Assembly: GCA_001766815.1 (NCBI GenBank)
Contig: LYOS01000003.1
Coordinates: forward strand, 256,742 to 288,741
Length of the DNA stretch: 32,000 nt
Direction of reading: 5' to 3'
Origin: Candidatus Syntropharchaeum caldarium
GTDB lineage: Archaea > Halobacteriota > Syntropharchaeia > Syntropharchaeales > Syntropharchaeaceae
Shown piece by piece: positions 1 through 9,033 of the stretch (position 1 is the first letter of the stretch; the number at the start of each line of letters is the position of its first letter). The position numbers and the translations under genes are program-made. The notes below the pieces were generated by a model. That model was not told the DNA's origin. It was given only the letters and a program-made list of their open reading frames with translations, and searched no databases.

Positions 1-775
1 TCTTAAATTCGGGTTTTCGCTTCTCAAGGAACGCACTCGTCCCTTCTTTGAAATCTTCTGTCGAGACCGCACTTCCAAAGGCTTCTGCCTCATAATACAG
101 CCCACGATCGAGATCCATCTCTATTCCTTTGTTGACCGTAAGCTTGATCAGTCCAATCGTAACCGCACTGAGCTTCTTGATCTTGTTGATATATTCATCA
201 ACCTTGGCGTCAAGTTCATCCTCGGGGACCGCACAGTTTATGAGGTTCAGCCTTGCTGCCTCTGCTGCATCAATGAGCGCCCCCTGACCGAGCATATTAA
301 TCTCCATCGACTTTGTCCTTCCAACAAGCCGCGTCAATCGCTGGGTACCACCTGCACCTGGAATCAGTCCGAGATTAATCTCTGGCTGCCCAAACTTCGA
401 CTTATCGGATGCGATCCTGAAGTCACATGACATCGCAAGTTCGAGACCACCACCAAGACAGAATCCATTGATCCTTGCGATGACCGGGGTCTGAGATGCC
501 TCAATCTCTTTTGTTATCGATTGAAGCCATATCGACCAGTTGCGAGCCTCTATGGGACTCTTTGTCTGGATCTCCGGTATATCTGCACCTGCACAGAATG
601 CTTTATCTCCTGAACCTGTGATCACGATAACCCTGATCAGCTCATCCTCATTTGCATCCTGAACCGCTGCTCTAAGCTCTGTCATTAACGCTGTGTTAAG
701 TGCATTCAGTGCCTTTGGACGGTTAAGCGTTATCGTTGCCACACCATCTGCCTTTTCAAAAATTATATTTTCCAT
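1..775 (-). CDS. enoyl-CoA hydratase (crotonase family); C-terminus cut by window edge
   Basis: Absent from the ORF track because no stop lies inside the window. The reverse frame from ATG 775-773 reads MENIIFEKADGVATITLNRPKALNAL...VITGSGDKAFCAGADI...INGFCLGGGLELAMSCD...PEINLGLIPGAGGTQRL...FLEKRKPEFK, which are classic crotonase-fold motifs. AAGGTGA lies just upstream of the ATG. Confidence 0.85.
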   Translation of the reverse strand, partial: MENIIFEKADGVATITLNRPKALNALNTALMTELRAAVQDANEDELIRVIVITGSGDKAFCAGADIPEIQTKSPIEARNWSIWLQSITKEIEASQTPVIARINGFCLGGGLELAMSCDFRIASDKSKFGQPEINLGLIPGAGGTQRLTRLVGRTKSMEINMLGQGALIDAAEAARLNLINCAVPEDELDAKVDEYINKIKKLSAVTIGLIKLTVNKGIEMDLDRGLYYEAEAFGSAVSTEDFKEGTSAFLEKRKPEFK

Positions 776-791
776 CTACATCACCTTAGAA

Positions 792-1658
792 CTACTTTGA
801 ATAATCATACCAGCCTCGGCCACTCTTTCTGCCAAGCCAACCCGATCTCATGTACTCCCTCAGAATTGGAGCAGGAGCGTATGTTGGATTACCTGTCTCT
901 TTATAGATCGAATCCAGGACAAAAACACAGGTGTCCAGTCCGATCAGATCCATCAGCTCGAATGGACCCATTGGCCAGTTGAAACAGAGCTTCAGGAGTG
1001 TGTCCGCATCCTCTATACCAGAGAGCCCTTCCGCATGGGTGCGAGCGGCCTCGTTCAGGAGTATGAAAAGCAGGCGGTTTGTTATAAATCCTGGTGAGTC
1101 CTTCACAACAATCGGCACCTTCCCGAGTGACTCAATGAACTTATTTGTAATCTCGGTCGTCTCATCGCTTGTGGCAATAGAGCGTATGATCTCAACGCCC
1201 TTCATCAGGGGTGGCGGATTCATGAAGTGAGTCCCTATGACAAGTTCTGGTCTCTCAGTTACTGCACCGAGTGCCGCAATCGGAAGTGTGGATGTGTTGC
1301 TTCCAAGTATCACGCCTTCTCTGCAGTTTTCATCCAGTTTCCTGAATATTTCTTCTTTGATCTCGAGTTTTTCTGTAACTGCTTCGATGACATAATCTGC
1401 AGCTTTTGCAGCCTCTTCGAGATTCAAGGTTGGCGTAATCCGGTTAAAGATTGCATCAGCCTCATCCTGTGTCATCTTTCCTGACTTAACAAATCGTCCA
1501 AGACTCTTTTTGATGTTGGAGAGCCCTCGTTCAAGGATCTCATCGCTGACATCAACCACGGTGACATCATAGCCCGCACTTGCACAGCTCTGAACAATCC
1601 CGTTCCCCATCACACCGATGCCAAGCACCAAAACCCTTTTTATATCCTTCACAACCAT
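792..1658 (-). CDS. hbd: 3-hydroxybutyryl-CoA / 3-hydroxyacyl-CoA dehydrogenase (NAD-binding)
   Basis: Rossmann motif VLGIGVMGNGI and the HFMNPPPLMKGVEI and SPGFITNRLL motifs typical of Hbd/HADH. I moved the start to ATG 1658 (MVVKDIK), 5 nt after GAGGTG. The track start at 1673 overlaps the DUF35 stop. Confidence 0.9.
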   Translation of the reverse strand: MVVKDIKRVLVLGIGVMGNGIVQSCASAGYDVTVVDVSDEILERGLSNIKKSLGRFVKSGKMTQDEADAIFNRITPTLNLEEAAKAADYVIEAVTEKLEIKEEIFRKLDENCREGVILGSNTSTLPIAALGAVTERPELVIGTHFMNPPPLMKGVEIIRSIATSDETTEITNKFIESLGKVPIVVKDSPGFITNRLLFILLNEAARTHAEGLSGIEDADTLLKLCFNWPMGPFELMDLIGLDTCVFVLDSIYKETGNPTYAPAPILREYMRSGWLGRKSGRGWYDYSK

Positions 1659-1669
1659 GGTCACACCTC

Positions 1670-2137
1670 TCACTCAAGCTTGAAGAGTGGAAAAACGTGC
1701 TCACCAACTGTAAAATCATCGCCAGGTATTGCAACACCCTTCTCAAGAACCACTTTTCTCCCAACAAGTGACATTCCATCATTCTGTGCCTCATCAACAC
1801 CATAGTTCAATCGTCCTGGAACCCAGGGACCCTCCACAGTCTTTACGAGGCAGCAGATATATGGCCCTTCAAACCCCTGAGGGGGGACGGTTATCGTGGT
1901 AAACGTCATAATTTCGCCTTTTCCACTCAGTTCTATTGATTTGAGATTCTTGCTTCCGCATTTCTGGCATACAGCCATAGGGGGACAGGTTATCGCCCCA
2001 CAATCGTCACATTTCAGGCCCATGAGTTTATTCTCAAGCAGCGCATTCTTGTAATCTTCCGCTGTAAGCACATACTTAAAGGCTGCTGCCATCTCTTTCT
2101 CGATCTCTTCGAGTTCTAATCCTGCCATTCCTTTCAC
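1670..2137 (-). CDS. DUF35 OB-fold / zinc-ribbon acyl-CoA-associated protein
   Basis: Rubredoxin-like CDDCG...CQKCG zinc ribbon followed by an OB-fold-sized C-terminal part. It lies 6 nt downstream of a thiolase gene, the usual archaeal pairing. Confidence 0.85.
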   Translation of the reverse strand: MKGMAGLELEEIEKEMAAAFKYVLTAEDYKNALLENKLMGLKCDDCGAITCPPMAVCQKCGSKNLKSIELSGKGEIMTFTTITVPPQGFEGPYICCLVKTVEGPWVPGRLNYGVDEAQNDGMSLVGRKVVLEKGVAIPGDDFTVGEHVFPLFKLE

Positions 2138-2143
2138 CTCCTC

Positions 2144-3334
2144 TCACTTACTCCTTCTCGATCTTCCAAGTATGATGTGTGCAAGCGTTCCAAAATCCCC
2201 ACCAAGATTGTCGGTCATACCAATCTCAGGTAGAGGATCAATCTGATTTCCTTTTGGTGCCTTACCCTTCATCTGTTCAACAACACCATAGATCTGGGAG
2301 ATACCTGTTGCTCCGAGCGGATGTCCTTTTCCAAGCAGACCACCTGACATGTTGGTCGGGATCTTTCCACCGATCTCGAAATCACCCTCCTTACATGCTT
2401 TGTATCCCTCTCCCCACTCATAGAATCCGATCGCTTCCATCAGTATGATCTGTGCGATCGTGAAGCAGTCGTGGACCTCTGCATACTGAATATCATTGGG
2501 GCTTAAGCCTGCCTGTTTGAATGCCATTCTTGCAGATTTTACTCTTGGAACTGGCTTTGTGAAATCCTCCTGACGACCGAGTGCTCCTCCTGATGCCTGC
2601 CCTGTACCCAGGATGTAGATCGGTTCATCGGTGTACTTTCTCGCGATATCAGCAGAACAGATTACCGCCGCAGCCCCGCCATCGGTGAATGGGCAACAAT
2701 CAAGAAGCGTGAGTGGATAGCAGACAACCGCCGATTCCAGGACTTTATCGAGGGTTAAATTTCCCATCTTGCCATAGAACTGTGCATGTGGATTGAGTGC
2801 ACCGTGTTTGTGATTCTGCATTGAGATGTATGCCATATTTTCTCTCAATTCATCGAGTGGAAGATCATACATCCTGGAATAGAGAATGGTGGACATTGCA
2901 AAGACGCCTGGGAAGGTTAGACCGGCATCGCTCTCGTATCTGTCGGTGCTCATATTGAAAGTTCTTGTCGAGAACTCGGTTCCCTTTATGAGTGCGCGCT
3001 CAGCCCCGCCAACAATGACCATATCATACATACCTGATGCAACCCATATATAGGCATCCCTGAACGCAACTGTGGCACTGGCACATGCTCCTTCAAACCT
3101 GGATGACGGTACGTTCTCAAGGCCAATTTCTGTTGCCAGTGATGGAGCGATATTCATGATCCCATCGCCTGCAGGGAAGTAAAAACCAGCAAAGAGAGCT
3201 TCTATATCTTTTTTATCAACGCCTGCCTCATCCATCGCCTCGATAGCAGCTTCACCAAAAAGTTCCACAACATTTTTATCCTTATGTTTTCCAAATTTGG
3301 TATGTCCCATACCTATTATTGCCACGTCTCGCAT
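2144..3334 (-). CDS. thiolase (acetyl-CoA C-acetyltransferase, archaeal/SCP-x type)
   Basis: MRDVAIIGMGHTKFGK N-terminus, catalytic Cys context EGACASA, HDCF and GHPLGATG motifs; 396 aa. Confidence 0.9.
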   Translation of the reverse strand: MRDVAIIGMGHTKFGKHKDKNVVELFGEAAIEAMDEAGVDKKDIEALFAGFYFPAGDGIMNIAPSLATEIGLENVPSSRFEGACASATVAFRDAYIWVASGMYDMVIVGGAERALIKGTEFSTRTFNMSTDRYESDAGLTFPGVFAMSTILYSRMYDLPLDELRENMAYISMQNHKHGALNPHAQFYGKMGNLTLDKVLESAVVCYPLTLLDCCPFTDGGAAAVICSADIARKYTDEPIYILGTGQASGGALGRQEDFTKPVPRVKSARMAFKQAGLSPNDIQYAEVHDCFTIAQIILMEAIGFYEWGEGYKACKEGDFEIGGKIPTNMSGGLLGKGHPLGATGISQIYGVVEQMKGKAPKGNQIDPLPEIGMTDNLGGDFGTLAHIILGRSRRSK

Positions 3335-3437
3335 AAAATCACCCTTTTTAATTTTTAATAGCGAAGATTAGTCGGTGCTGTTAATATTAAAAACTTTTGC
3401 TTTCCTCAAGCTCTCTATTAGCACCCTGCACAGGCTG

Positions 3438-5414
3438 CTATGACCCAAGATATCTCTTTATTCCATCCACCCGGTCATCGTGAGAGAATATGACAAGACG
3501 ATCACCTGCTTCGATAACAGTATCACCTGTTGGTATAATGACGCCATCACTCCTCAATATTGCCACGATGATACCTGCTGGTAGACTAAGCTCTGCAAGT
3601 TTTTTTCCGATCAGCCGGTGGTGAAGAGGTATAGGTACCTCAAAGATTCTTGTTCCATGAATCAATAATCCTTTAACTCCACGCTTTCCCCGTGCTGTAA
3701 GTACATCCCCTGCCATCGCCTTTACATGCGCTCTTGCAATATCAGATCTTGTGAGAATACCAACAAGTTTTTTCGAATCATCCCGATCAACAACAGGAAG
3801 CCTGCCAATATCACGCATGACAAGCCAGTGCAGTGCATCTTCCAGCATATCATCTGGGGTGACGGTAAGAAGTGCAGTGGTCGCAACATCCTTGACGCGC
3901 TTCTCATCCCATTCTTCTGAAGGAACTTTTTCAAGGTCTTTTATTGTGACTATTCCCTGGAGTTTATCATCTTTTACAACAGGATAACCCATATGTCCCG
4001 TCTTCTCCATTAAATCATAAACATGCTTCAGATCATCATCAGGGGAGACGGTAAGTGGGCTGGGGTTCATCGCATCCTTAACCATTATGCTCTCAAGCAC
4101 GTCTACAAGTAGCTCCTTCCTGTGAACAGGAGACCTCATCCTGGTTGATACCTGGCTCTCATATATCGTCCATCTTTCTGTAAACGCATAAACAGTAGCA
4201 TTTGCAAGCATCAATGGGGCGAGAAGTGCATAGCTTCCCGTCATCTCTGAGATCATTATAATCGCAGCGATTGGGACCTTTGCAACACCCCCAAAGAAGG
4301 AACCCATCCCAACAAGGACAAAGCAGGAAGGATTTGTGACAATATGCGGGAATAAAGTATGGGACAGCTCGCCCACCACACCTCCTATCATACCACCGAT
4401 TACGATCGATGGAGCGAATACCCCTCCTGATCCACCAGAACCTACGGTGAAGGAGGTGGCAAGAATCTTTGCAAATATGAGAATGATCATCGCAGAAACC
4501 GCAAGGTTACCAAATAGTGCATCCTGAAGTGCCTTATATCCTGGACCTATAATTCCAGAAATAAGGTCGGGGAATAGTAATATTAAAACTCCTACCCCCA
4601 CACCTCCAATTGCAGGTTTAAAGTAATCTGGAATCCTCAATCTCATGAAAAATTTGTCTCGCACCGAATAGAAAAACCAGACATAGAATATTCCACAGAT
4701 GGCACAGGTAAGCCCCAGTAGCCCATAGAAGACGAGTTCAATTGGTCTCTCAAAGAGGCATTCAGAGGTGATAAATACAGGCCCTGGACCTGTAAAATTG
4801 GCGAATACTGCATAGCCGATGACCGATGACATGATCGATGGCACAATTGCACTCATCTCAAAGTCCCGTTTGTAAAGCACCTCGATTCCAAATAACGCTC
4901 CCCCAAGTGGGGATTTGAAGATGGATGCAATCCCTGCAGATATACCTGCAACCATCATTATACGACGATCACGATCAGAGAGCTTGAGATACGACGCGAG
5001 AACTGATCCCACGCCACCAGCGATCTGTGCGATTGGTCCCTCTCTGCCTGCACTCCCACCAGAACCTATCGTTATGGCAGATGCGATCGCCTTGACGACC
5101 GGAACCTTTCCAGGAATTATACCCCTCGATTGGTGGAACGCTGATATCGCGGTGTCAATTCCCTCACCCCCTGCTTCTGGGGCAAATCGATAGACAATTA
5201 TACTACCGATCAACCCTCCTATTGCAGGAATTATAGCGAAAGGTATGATGGCGGTAAGCCCCTCGCGGAAAAAAATGATTGATATGTTGAGTAAGTATTC
5301 GAAGATCAGGGCAGCGATCCCTGCTGCAACACCAAGTAGGGATGTGTATACAGTCCATCGCTCGATGTATCGTAGTCTTCCAAGTTCTTCATCTGAAAAC
5401 TTAATCAGCCCGAT
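3438..5414 (-). CDS. ClC-family voltage-gated chloride channel/antiporter with C-terminal CBS pair and TrkA-C (RCK_C) domain; start codon unresolved
   Basis: GEGID, GREGP and GGVFAPS ClC motifs, then two CBS-like repeats and a TrkA-C-like end (IIVAILRSDGVIIPTGDTVIEAGDRLVIF). The track start (TTG 5213) removes the first TM helices. The frame stays open to 5432 and encodes RWTVYTSLLGVAAGIAALIFEYLLN. The 5' end is set provisionally at near-cognate ATC 5414; see findings. Confidence 0.8.
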   Translation of the reverse strand: MGLIKFSDEELGRLRYIERWTVYTSLLGVAAGIAALIFEYLLNISIIFFREGLTAIIPFAIIPAIGGLIGSIIVYRFAPEAGGEGIDTAISAFHQSRGIIPGKVPVVKAIASAITIGSGGSAGREGPIAQIAGGVGSVLASYLKLSDRDRRIMMVAGISAGIASIFKSPLGGALFGIEVLYKRDFEMSAIVPSIMSSVIGYAVFANFTGPGPVFITSECLFERPIELVFYGLLGLTCAICGIFYVWFFYSVRDKFFMRLRIPDYFKPAIGGVGVGVLILLFPDLISGIIGPGYKALQDALFGNLAVSAMIILIFAKILATSFTVGSGGSGGVFAPSIVIGGMIGGVVGELSHTLFPHIVTNPSCFVLVGMGSFFGGVAKVPIAAIIMISEMTGSYALLAPLMLANATVYAFTERWTIYESQVSTRMRSPVHRKELLVDVLESIMVKDAMNPSPLTVSPDDDLKHVYDLMEKTGHMGYPVVKDDKLQGIVTIKDLEKVPSEEWDEKRVKDVATTALLTVTPDDMLEDALHWLVMRDIGRLPVVDRDDSKKLVGILTRSDIARAHVKAMAGDVLTARGKRGVKGLLIHGTRIFEVPIPLHHRLIGKKLAELSLPAGIIVAILRSDGVIIPTGDTVIEAGDRLVIFSHDDRVDGIKRYLGS

Positions 5415-5854
5415 GTCGCTTCCTCCAGTAATCTATCAACAGCCGCTTCAATTTTTTCCCTGACCAGATCAACTTCTTCCTCTGTTATGTTGCTCACCCT
5501 TCTTGATGTCTCACCCTTGACAATCCCGATCACCTGGATCGATTCTACCGGTGGAACTCCCATGAACTTTAACATCTCAGTGGCACAGTTCAGTGTACAA
5601 CCGTCAACAGCAATCGTCTTGTGCTTTTTTATCGGTTTTACACCGTGTTTTAGAACGGTTGTATCATTGTACATATACGCCTTTCCAAATCCCCCGATCG
5701 AGATGAGTTCGGTAACGTCTTCGCGGGTCTCATCACACACTTTGATGACAGCCCGCCTCCCCAGTTCACCAACATAATTAAGCCCGCTGCATGCGGTGAT
5801 ATTCACTTTATTTGCCTTTGATGATATACGACCACCACCATCAGATTCATCCAT
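5405..5854 (-). CDS. DGC-domain (putative zinc-binding) protein
   Basis: 149 aa with the ITACSG...IAVDGCTLNCA pattern (conserved Cys residues plus the DGC motif). Its 3' end overlaps the open ClC frame. Confidence 0.6.
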   Translation of the reverse strand: MDESDGGGRISSKANKVNITACSGLNYVGELGRRAVIKVCDETREDVTELISIGGFGKAYMYNDTTVLKHGVKPIKKHKTIAVDGCTLNCATEMLKFMGVPPVESIQVIGIVKGETSRRVSNITEEEVDLVREKIEAAVDRLLEEATSG

Positions 5855-5876
5855 CTCTTATCTGCTATCTATGGGT

Positions 5877-5906
5877 TATATACCTTACACAAGAGAAAGG
5901 TATATA
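5877..5906. promoter_or_regulatory. divergent promoter: two TATA-like boxes forming a perfect 10-bp inverted repeat
   Basis: TATATACCTT (5877-5886) and AAGGTATATA (5897-5906) are exact reverse complements separated by 10 bp. Each box lies about 25-35 nt upstream of the ATG of its flanking gene (DGC gene ATG 5854 on the minus strand, lonB ATG 5941 on the plus strand). Confidence 0.45.
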
Positions 5907-5940
5907 GGTTACGATGATAATTAAATCTTAAAGAGGTAGT

Positions 5941-7851
5941 ATGACAGAAAAAATTGAAGAGGAACCTGTTATAGAAAATGATGATCTTCTTGGTGGATGT
6001 GAGTTTGAGAGCACTGATGATATAGAAGTGCCCAAGTCTCTCATCGACCAGGTGATCGGGCAAGAGCATGCGGTAGAGATCATAAAGAAAGCAGCGACCC
6101 AGCGGCGGCATGTGATGATGATCGGAACACCCGGTACAGGAAAGTCGATGCTGGCGCGCGCAATGGCTGAGCTTCTGCCAAAAGAGGAGCTCCAGGATGT
6201 CCTCGTCTATCATAACCTTGAGGATGCAAACAACCCAAAGATCAGGGTACTTCCTGCTGGAAAAGGTAAGGAAATTGTGACAATTCAGAAAGAGGAGGCG
6301 AGGCGGCGTGCACAGGCGAGAAATACACTCCTGATACTCATTATATTCTCGATCGTGATCTATGCAACCCTGGTTGGGCAGTTCATCTGGGGAATTATCG
6401 CAGCTGCAATGATCTTCATGGCGCTCAAGTATATCATGCCCCGTGAAGATATGCTCGTTCCAAAGCTGCTCGTATCAAATAGCGATAAAGAGAGGGCACC
6501 GTTCACTGATGCGACAGGTGCACATGCAGGCGCACTGTTGGGTGATGTGAGGCACGATCCGTTCCAGTCCGGTGGACTTGAGACACCATCACATGAGAGG
6601 GTTGAGGCTGGTGCGATCCATAAGTCGCATAAAGGCGTACTCTTCATCGACGAGATAAATACCCTGCGAATTGAATCCCAGCAGCAGCTTCTAACGGCAC
6701 TACAGGAGAAAGAATACGCGATAACAGGGCAATCCGAGCGAAGTTCCGGCGCGATGGTAAAGACAGATCCTGTGCCATGTGATTTTATCATGGTTGCAGC
6801 GGGCAACCTCGACGCGATGGCAGGGATGCACCCCGCACTTCGTTCAAGGATCAAGGGTTACGGATATGAGATCTATATGCGGGATACAATGGATGATACA
6901 CCTGAGAACCGCCAGAAGCTTGTGAGGTTTGTCGCCCAGGAGGTCAAGAAAGATGGTAAGATCCCACCCTTTGATAAAAGTGCTGTAGCAGAGATCATAC
7001 GAGAAGCAAAGCGCAGGACAGGTCGCAAGAACAAGCTCTCCCTGATATTGAGGGATCTTGGAGGCCTTGTCAGGGTTGCAGGTGATATAGCAACAGCTGA
7101 GGGGGCAAAGATCACAACAGCAGAGCATGTGCTTCGAGCAAAGTCGATGGCACGATCTGTGGAGCAGCAGCTTGCAGACCAGTATCTTGAACACCGCAGG
7201 GACTACAAATTCTTCAAGAATGAAGGCGAAGAGATTGGGCGAGTCAATGGTCTTGCTGTAATAGGCGATTCAGGGGTGATGCTCCCGATTCTCGCAGAAG
7301 TGACGCCAACCCAGTCAAAGTCAGAAGGGCATGTGATCGCAACAGGTATGCTCCAGGACATTGCGAAAGAGGCTGTCCAGAATGTCTCTGCGATCATAAA
7401 GAAGGTCACAGGAAAGGATATATCAAACAAAGACGTCCATATCCAGTTCATCGGGACGTATGAAGGGGTTGAAGGTGATAGCGCATCGATATCGATCGCA
7501 ACAGCAGTTGTATCCGCCCTCGAGGATATACCTGTGGATCAGCGTGTTGCGATGACAGGATCGCTCTCTGTGCGGGGTGATGTCCTGCCTGTTGGTGGGG
7601 TCACGCACAAGATCGAGGCAGCGGTGAAAGCTGGTGTCAAGACAGTTATAATTCCAAAAGCAAACATGGACGATGTCCTGATAGAAGAGAAGTACAAAGA
7701 TATGGTCAAGATTATCCCTGCTTCGACGATCGAGGATGTATTCGAACACAGCCTGCGTGGCATAAAGAAAGAGCGCTTCCTTGACAAGATAAAGAACTTT
7801 GCATCTGTTGGGATCGGGATTCTTGATATCGATAAGCCGACTGTATCATAA
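5941..7851 (+). CDS. lonB: archaeal membrane-bound ATP-dependent Lon protease (LonB)
   Basis: Walker A GTPGTGKS. A two-helix membrane insertion (LLILIIFSIVIYATLVGQFIWGIIAAAMIFMAL) lies inside the AAA+ module. Walker B is LFIDEI. The C-terminal Lon protease domain has GDSASIS and a Ser-Lys dyad context. Confidence 0.95.
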   Translation: MTEKIEEEPVIENDDLLGGCEFESTDDIEVPKSLIDQVIGQEHAVEIIKKAATQRRHVMMIGTPGTGKSMLARAMAELLPKEELQDVLVYHNLEDANNPKIRVLPAGKGKEIVTIQKEEARRRAQARNTLLILIIFSIVIYATLVGQFIWGIIAAAMIFMALKYIMPREDMLVPKLLVSNSDKERAPFTDATGAHAGALLGDVRHDPFQSGGLETPSHERVEAGAIHKSHKGVLFIDEINTLRIESQQQLLTALQEKEYAITGQSERSSGAMVKTDPVPCDFIMVAAGNLDAMAGMHPALRSRIKGYGYEIYMRDTMDDTPENRQKLVRFVAQEVKKDGKIPPFDKSAVAEIIREAKRRTGRKNKLSLILRDLGGLVRVAGDIATAEGAKITTAEHVLRAKSMARSVEQQLADQYLEHRRDYKFFKNEGEEIGRVNGLAVIGDSGVMLPILAEVTPTQSKSEGHVIATGMLQDIAKEAVQNVSAIIKKVTGKDISNKDVHIQFIGTYEGVEGDSASISIATAVVSALEDIPVDQRVAMTGSLSVRGDVLPVGGVTHKIEAAVKAGVKTVIIPKANMDDVLIEEKYKDMVKIIPASTIEDVFEHSLRGIKKERFLDKIKNFASVGIGILDIDKPTVS

Positions 7852-7854
7852 CGT

Positions 7855-9033
7855 ATGTACCTCCAGAAGGATGAAGAGCAAATTTTGAATGGCGAGAGTG
7901 GAGATAGTCTCCAGAAGATGATGGAGATCCTCGTAACACTTGGAAAGATCTATGATGCAGAGTACCTGATCCCGATAAAAAGTGTGCAGATTGCAGGTGT
8001 CTCGTACAAGACGATCGGGGATGCGGGGCTTGAATGGATCGAAGATATCGATGCACAGGTTGTTGTCCCATCGATACTCAATCCAATGGGCATGGATCGG
8101 GAAAGATGGCGGGAGATGGGCATAAGCGAGGATTTCTACAGGAAGCAGATCGAGATACTCAATGTTTACAGGCGAATGGGGATAAGGATTGAGTGTACCT
8201 GTACACCGTATTATCTTGAAGATAGTATGCCCTGCCTGGGCGACCACCTTGCATGGTCTGAGTCCTCTGCAATCTCGTTTGCAAATTCGGTGATTGGAGC
8301 AAGGACCAATCGAGAGAGTGGGATATCTGCCCTTGCATCGGCACTGCTCGGAAAGACGCCATATTATGGATATCACCTTGATGAGAACCGAGTTCCAACA
8401 ATTGGGATCGAGGTGCCTTTCACACTAACAGGCTCTGACTTCGGGGCGCTTGGATATGTGATTGGAAAGGTTATCGGTGATTGTGTCCCAATCTTTGAGT
8501 TTGCACCCTCGACAAAACCATCAGATGATGACCTCAAGAGCCTTGGTGCTGCACTTGCTGCGAGTGGTGCGGTTGCCCTGTATCATGTGAAGGGGAGAAC
8601 ACCCGAAGCAGATCGTTTTGAGGTGCCAGAAGAGAAGATCGTGGTTGAGGAAGGCGAGATTCGTTCTGTCTATGACGGATCGTCTGAACCCGATCTTGTA
8701 GCACTTGGGTGCCCTCATCTCTCGATAGATGAGCTTGAGCTTGCAGCAGAACTCCTTCGTGGTAGAAAGGTCAAACGAGAGCTGTGGTTGTGTGTATCGA
8801 GGTATCTTAAAGGTAAGCGAGCAGATCTTGTCGGAGTGATAGAATCATCCGGGGCAAAAGTCATCTCTGATACCTGCATGATTGTATCTCCTGCATGTGA
8901 CAGGTTTGATTGCATTATGACCGACTCTGGCAAGGCATTGAACTACATACCCACGATGTGTCAGGCAGAAGCGGTCTTTGGGAGTTTCAGAGATTGTATC
9001 GAGGTGGTGCTTGGTGAGGCAAGGGACTGTTGA
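7855..9033 (+). CDS. aconitase X catalytic-domain protein (DUF521); candidate phosphomevalonate dehydratase large subunit
   Basis: The N-terminus MYLQKDEEQILNGESGDSLQKMMEILVTLGKIYDAEYLIPIKSVQIAG matches the DUF521/AcnX pattern; 392 aa. It starts 3 nt after the lonB stop. The pathway role is inferred from the archaeal modified mevalonate pathway. Confidence 0.75.
   Translation: MYLQKDEEQILNGESGDSLQKMMEILVTLGKIYDAEYLIPIKSVQIAGVSYKTIGDAGLEWIEDIDAQVVVPSILNPMGMDRERWREMGISEDFYRKQIEILNVYRRMGIRIECTCTPYYLEDSMPCLGDHLAWSESSAISFANSVIGARTNRESGISALASALLGKTPYYGYHLDENRVPTIGIEVPFTLTGSDFGALGYVIGKVIGDCVPIFEFAPSTKPSDDDLKSLGAALAASGAVALYHVKGRTPEADRFEVPEEKIVVEEGEIRSVYDGSSEPDLVALGCPHLSIDELELAAELLRGRKVKRELWLCVSRYLKGKRADLVGVIESSGAKVISDTCMIVSPACDRFDCIMTDSGKALNYIPTMCQAEAVFGSFRDCIEVVLGEARDC

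Noticed and set aside
5405-5435. Programmed -1 frameshift fusing the DGC protein to the ClC channel
   Set aside because: The ClC frame is -1 relative to the DGC frame. However, the 28-nt overlap (ATTACTGGAGGAAGCGACATCGGGCTGA) has no X-XXY-YYZ slippery heptamer, and I saw no obvious downstream stimulatory structure. Near-cognate initiation or an indel are simpler explanations.
6360-7787. Several 80-164 aa ORFs antisense to lonB (6360-6854, 6844-7194, 7203-7451, 7423-7749, 7539-7787)
   Set aside because: They lie entirely inside a high-confidence LonB gene and their translations are Ser/Arg/Cys-rich with no recognisable motifs or SD/start context. They are typical shadow ORFs.
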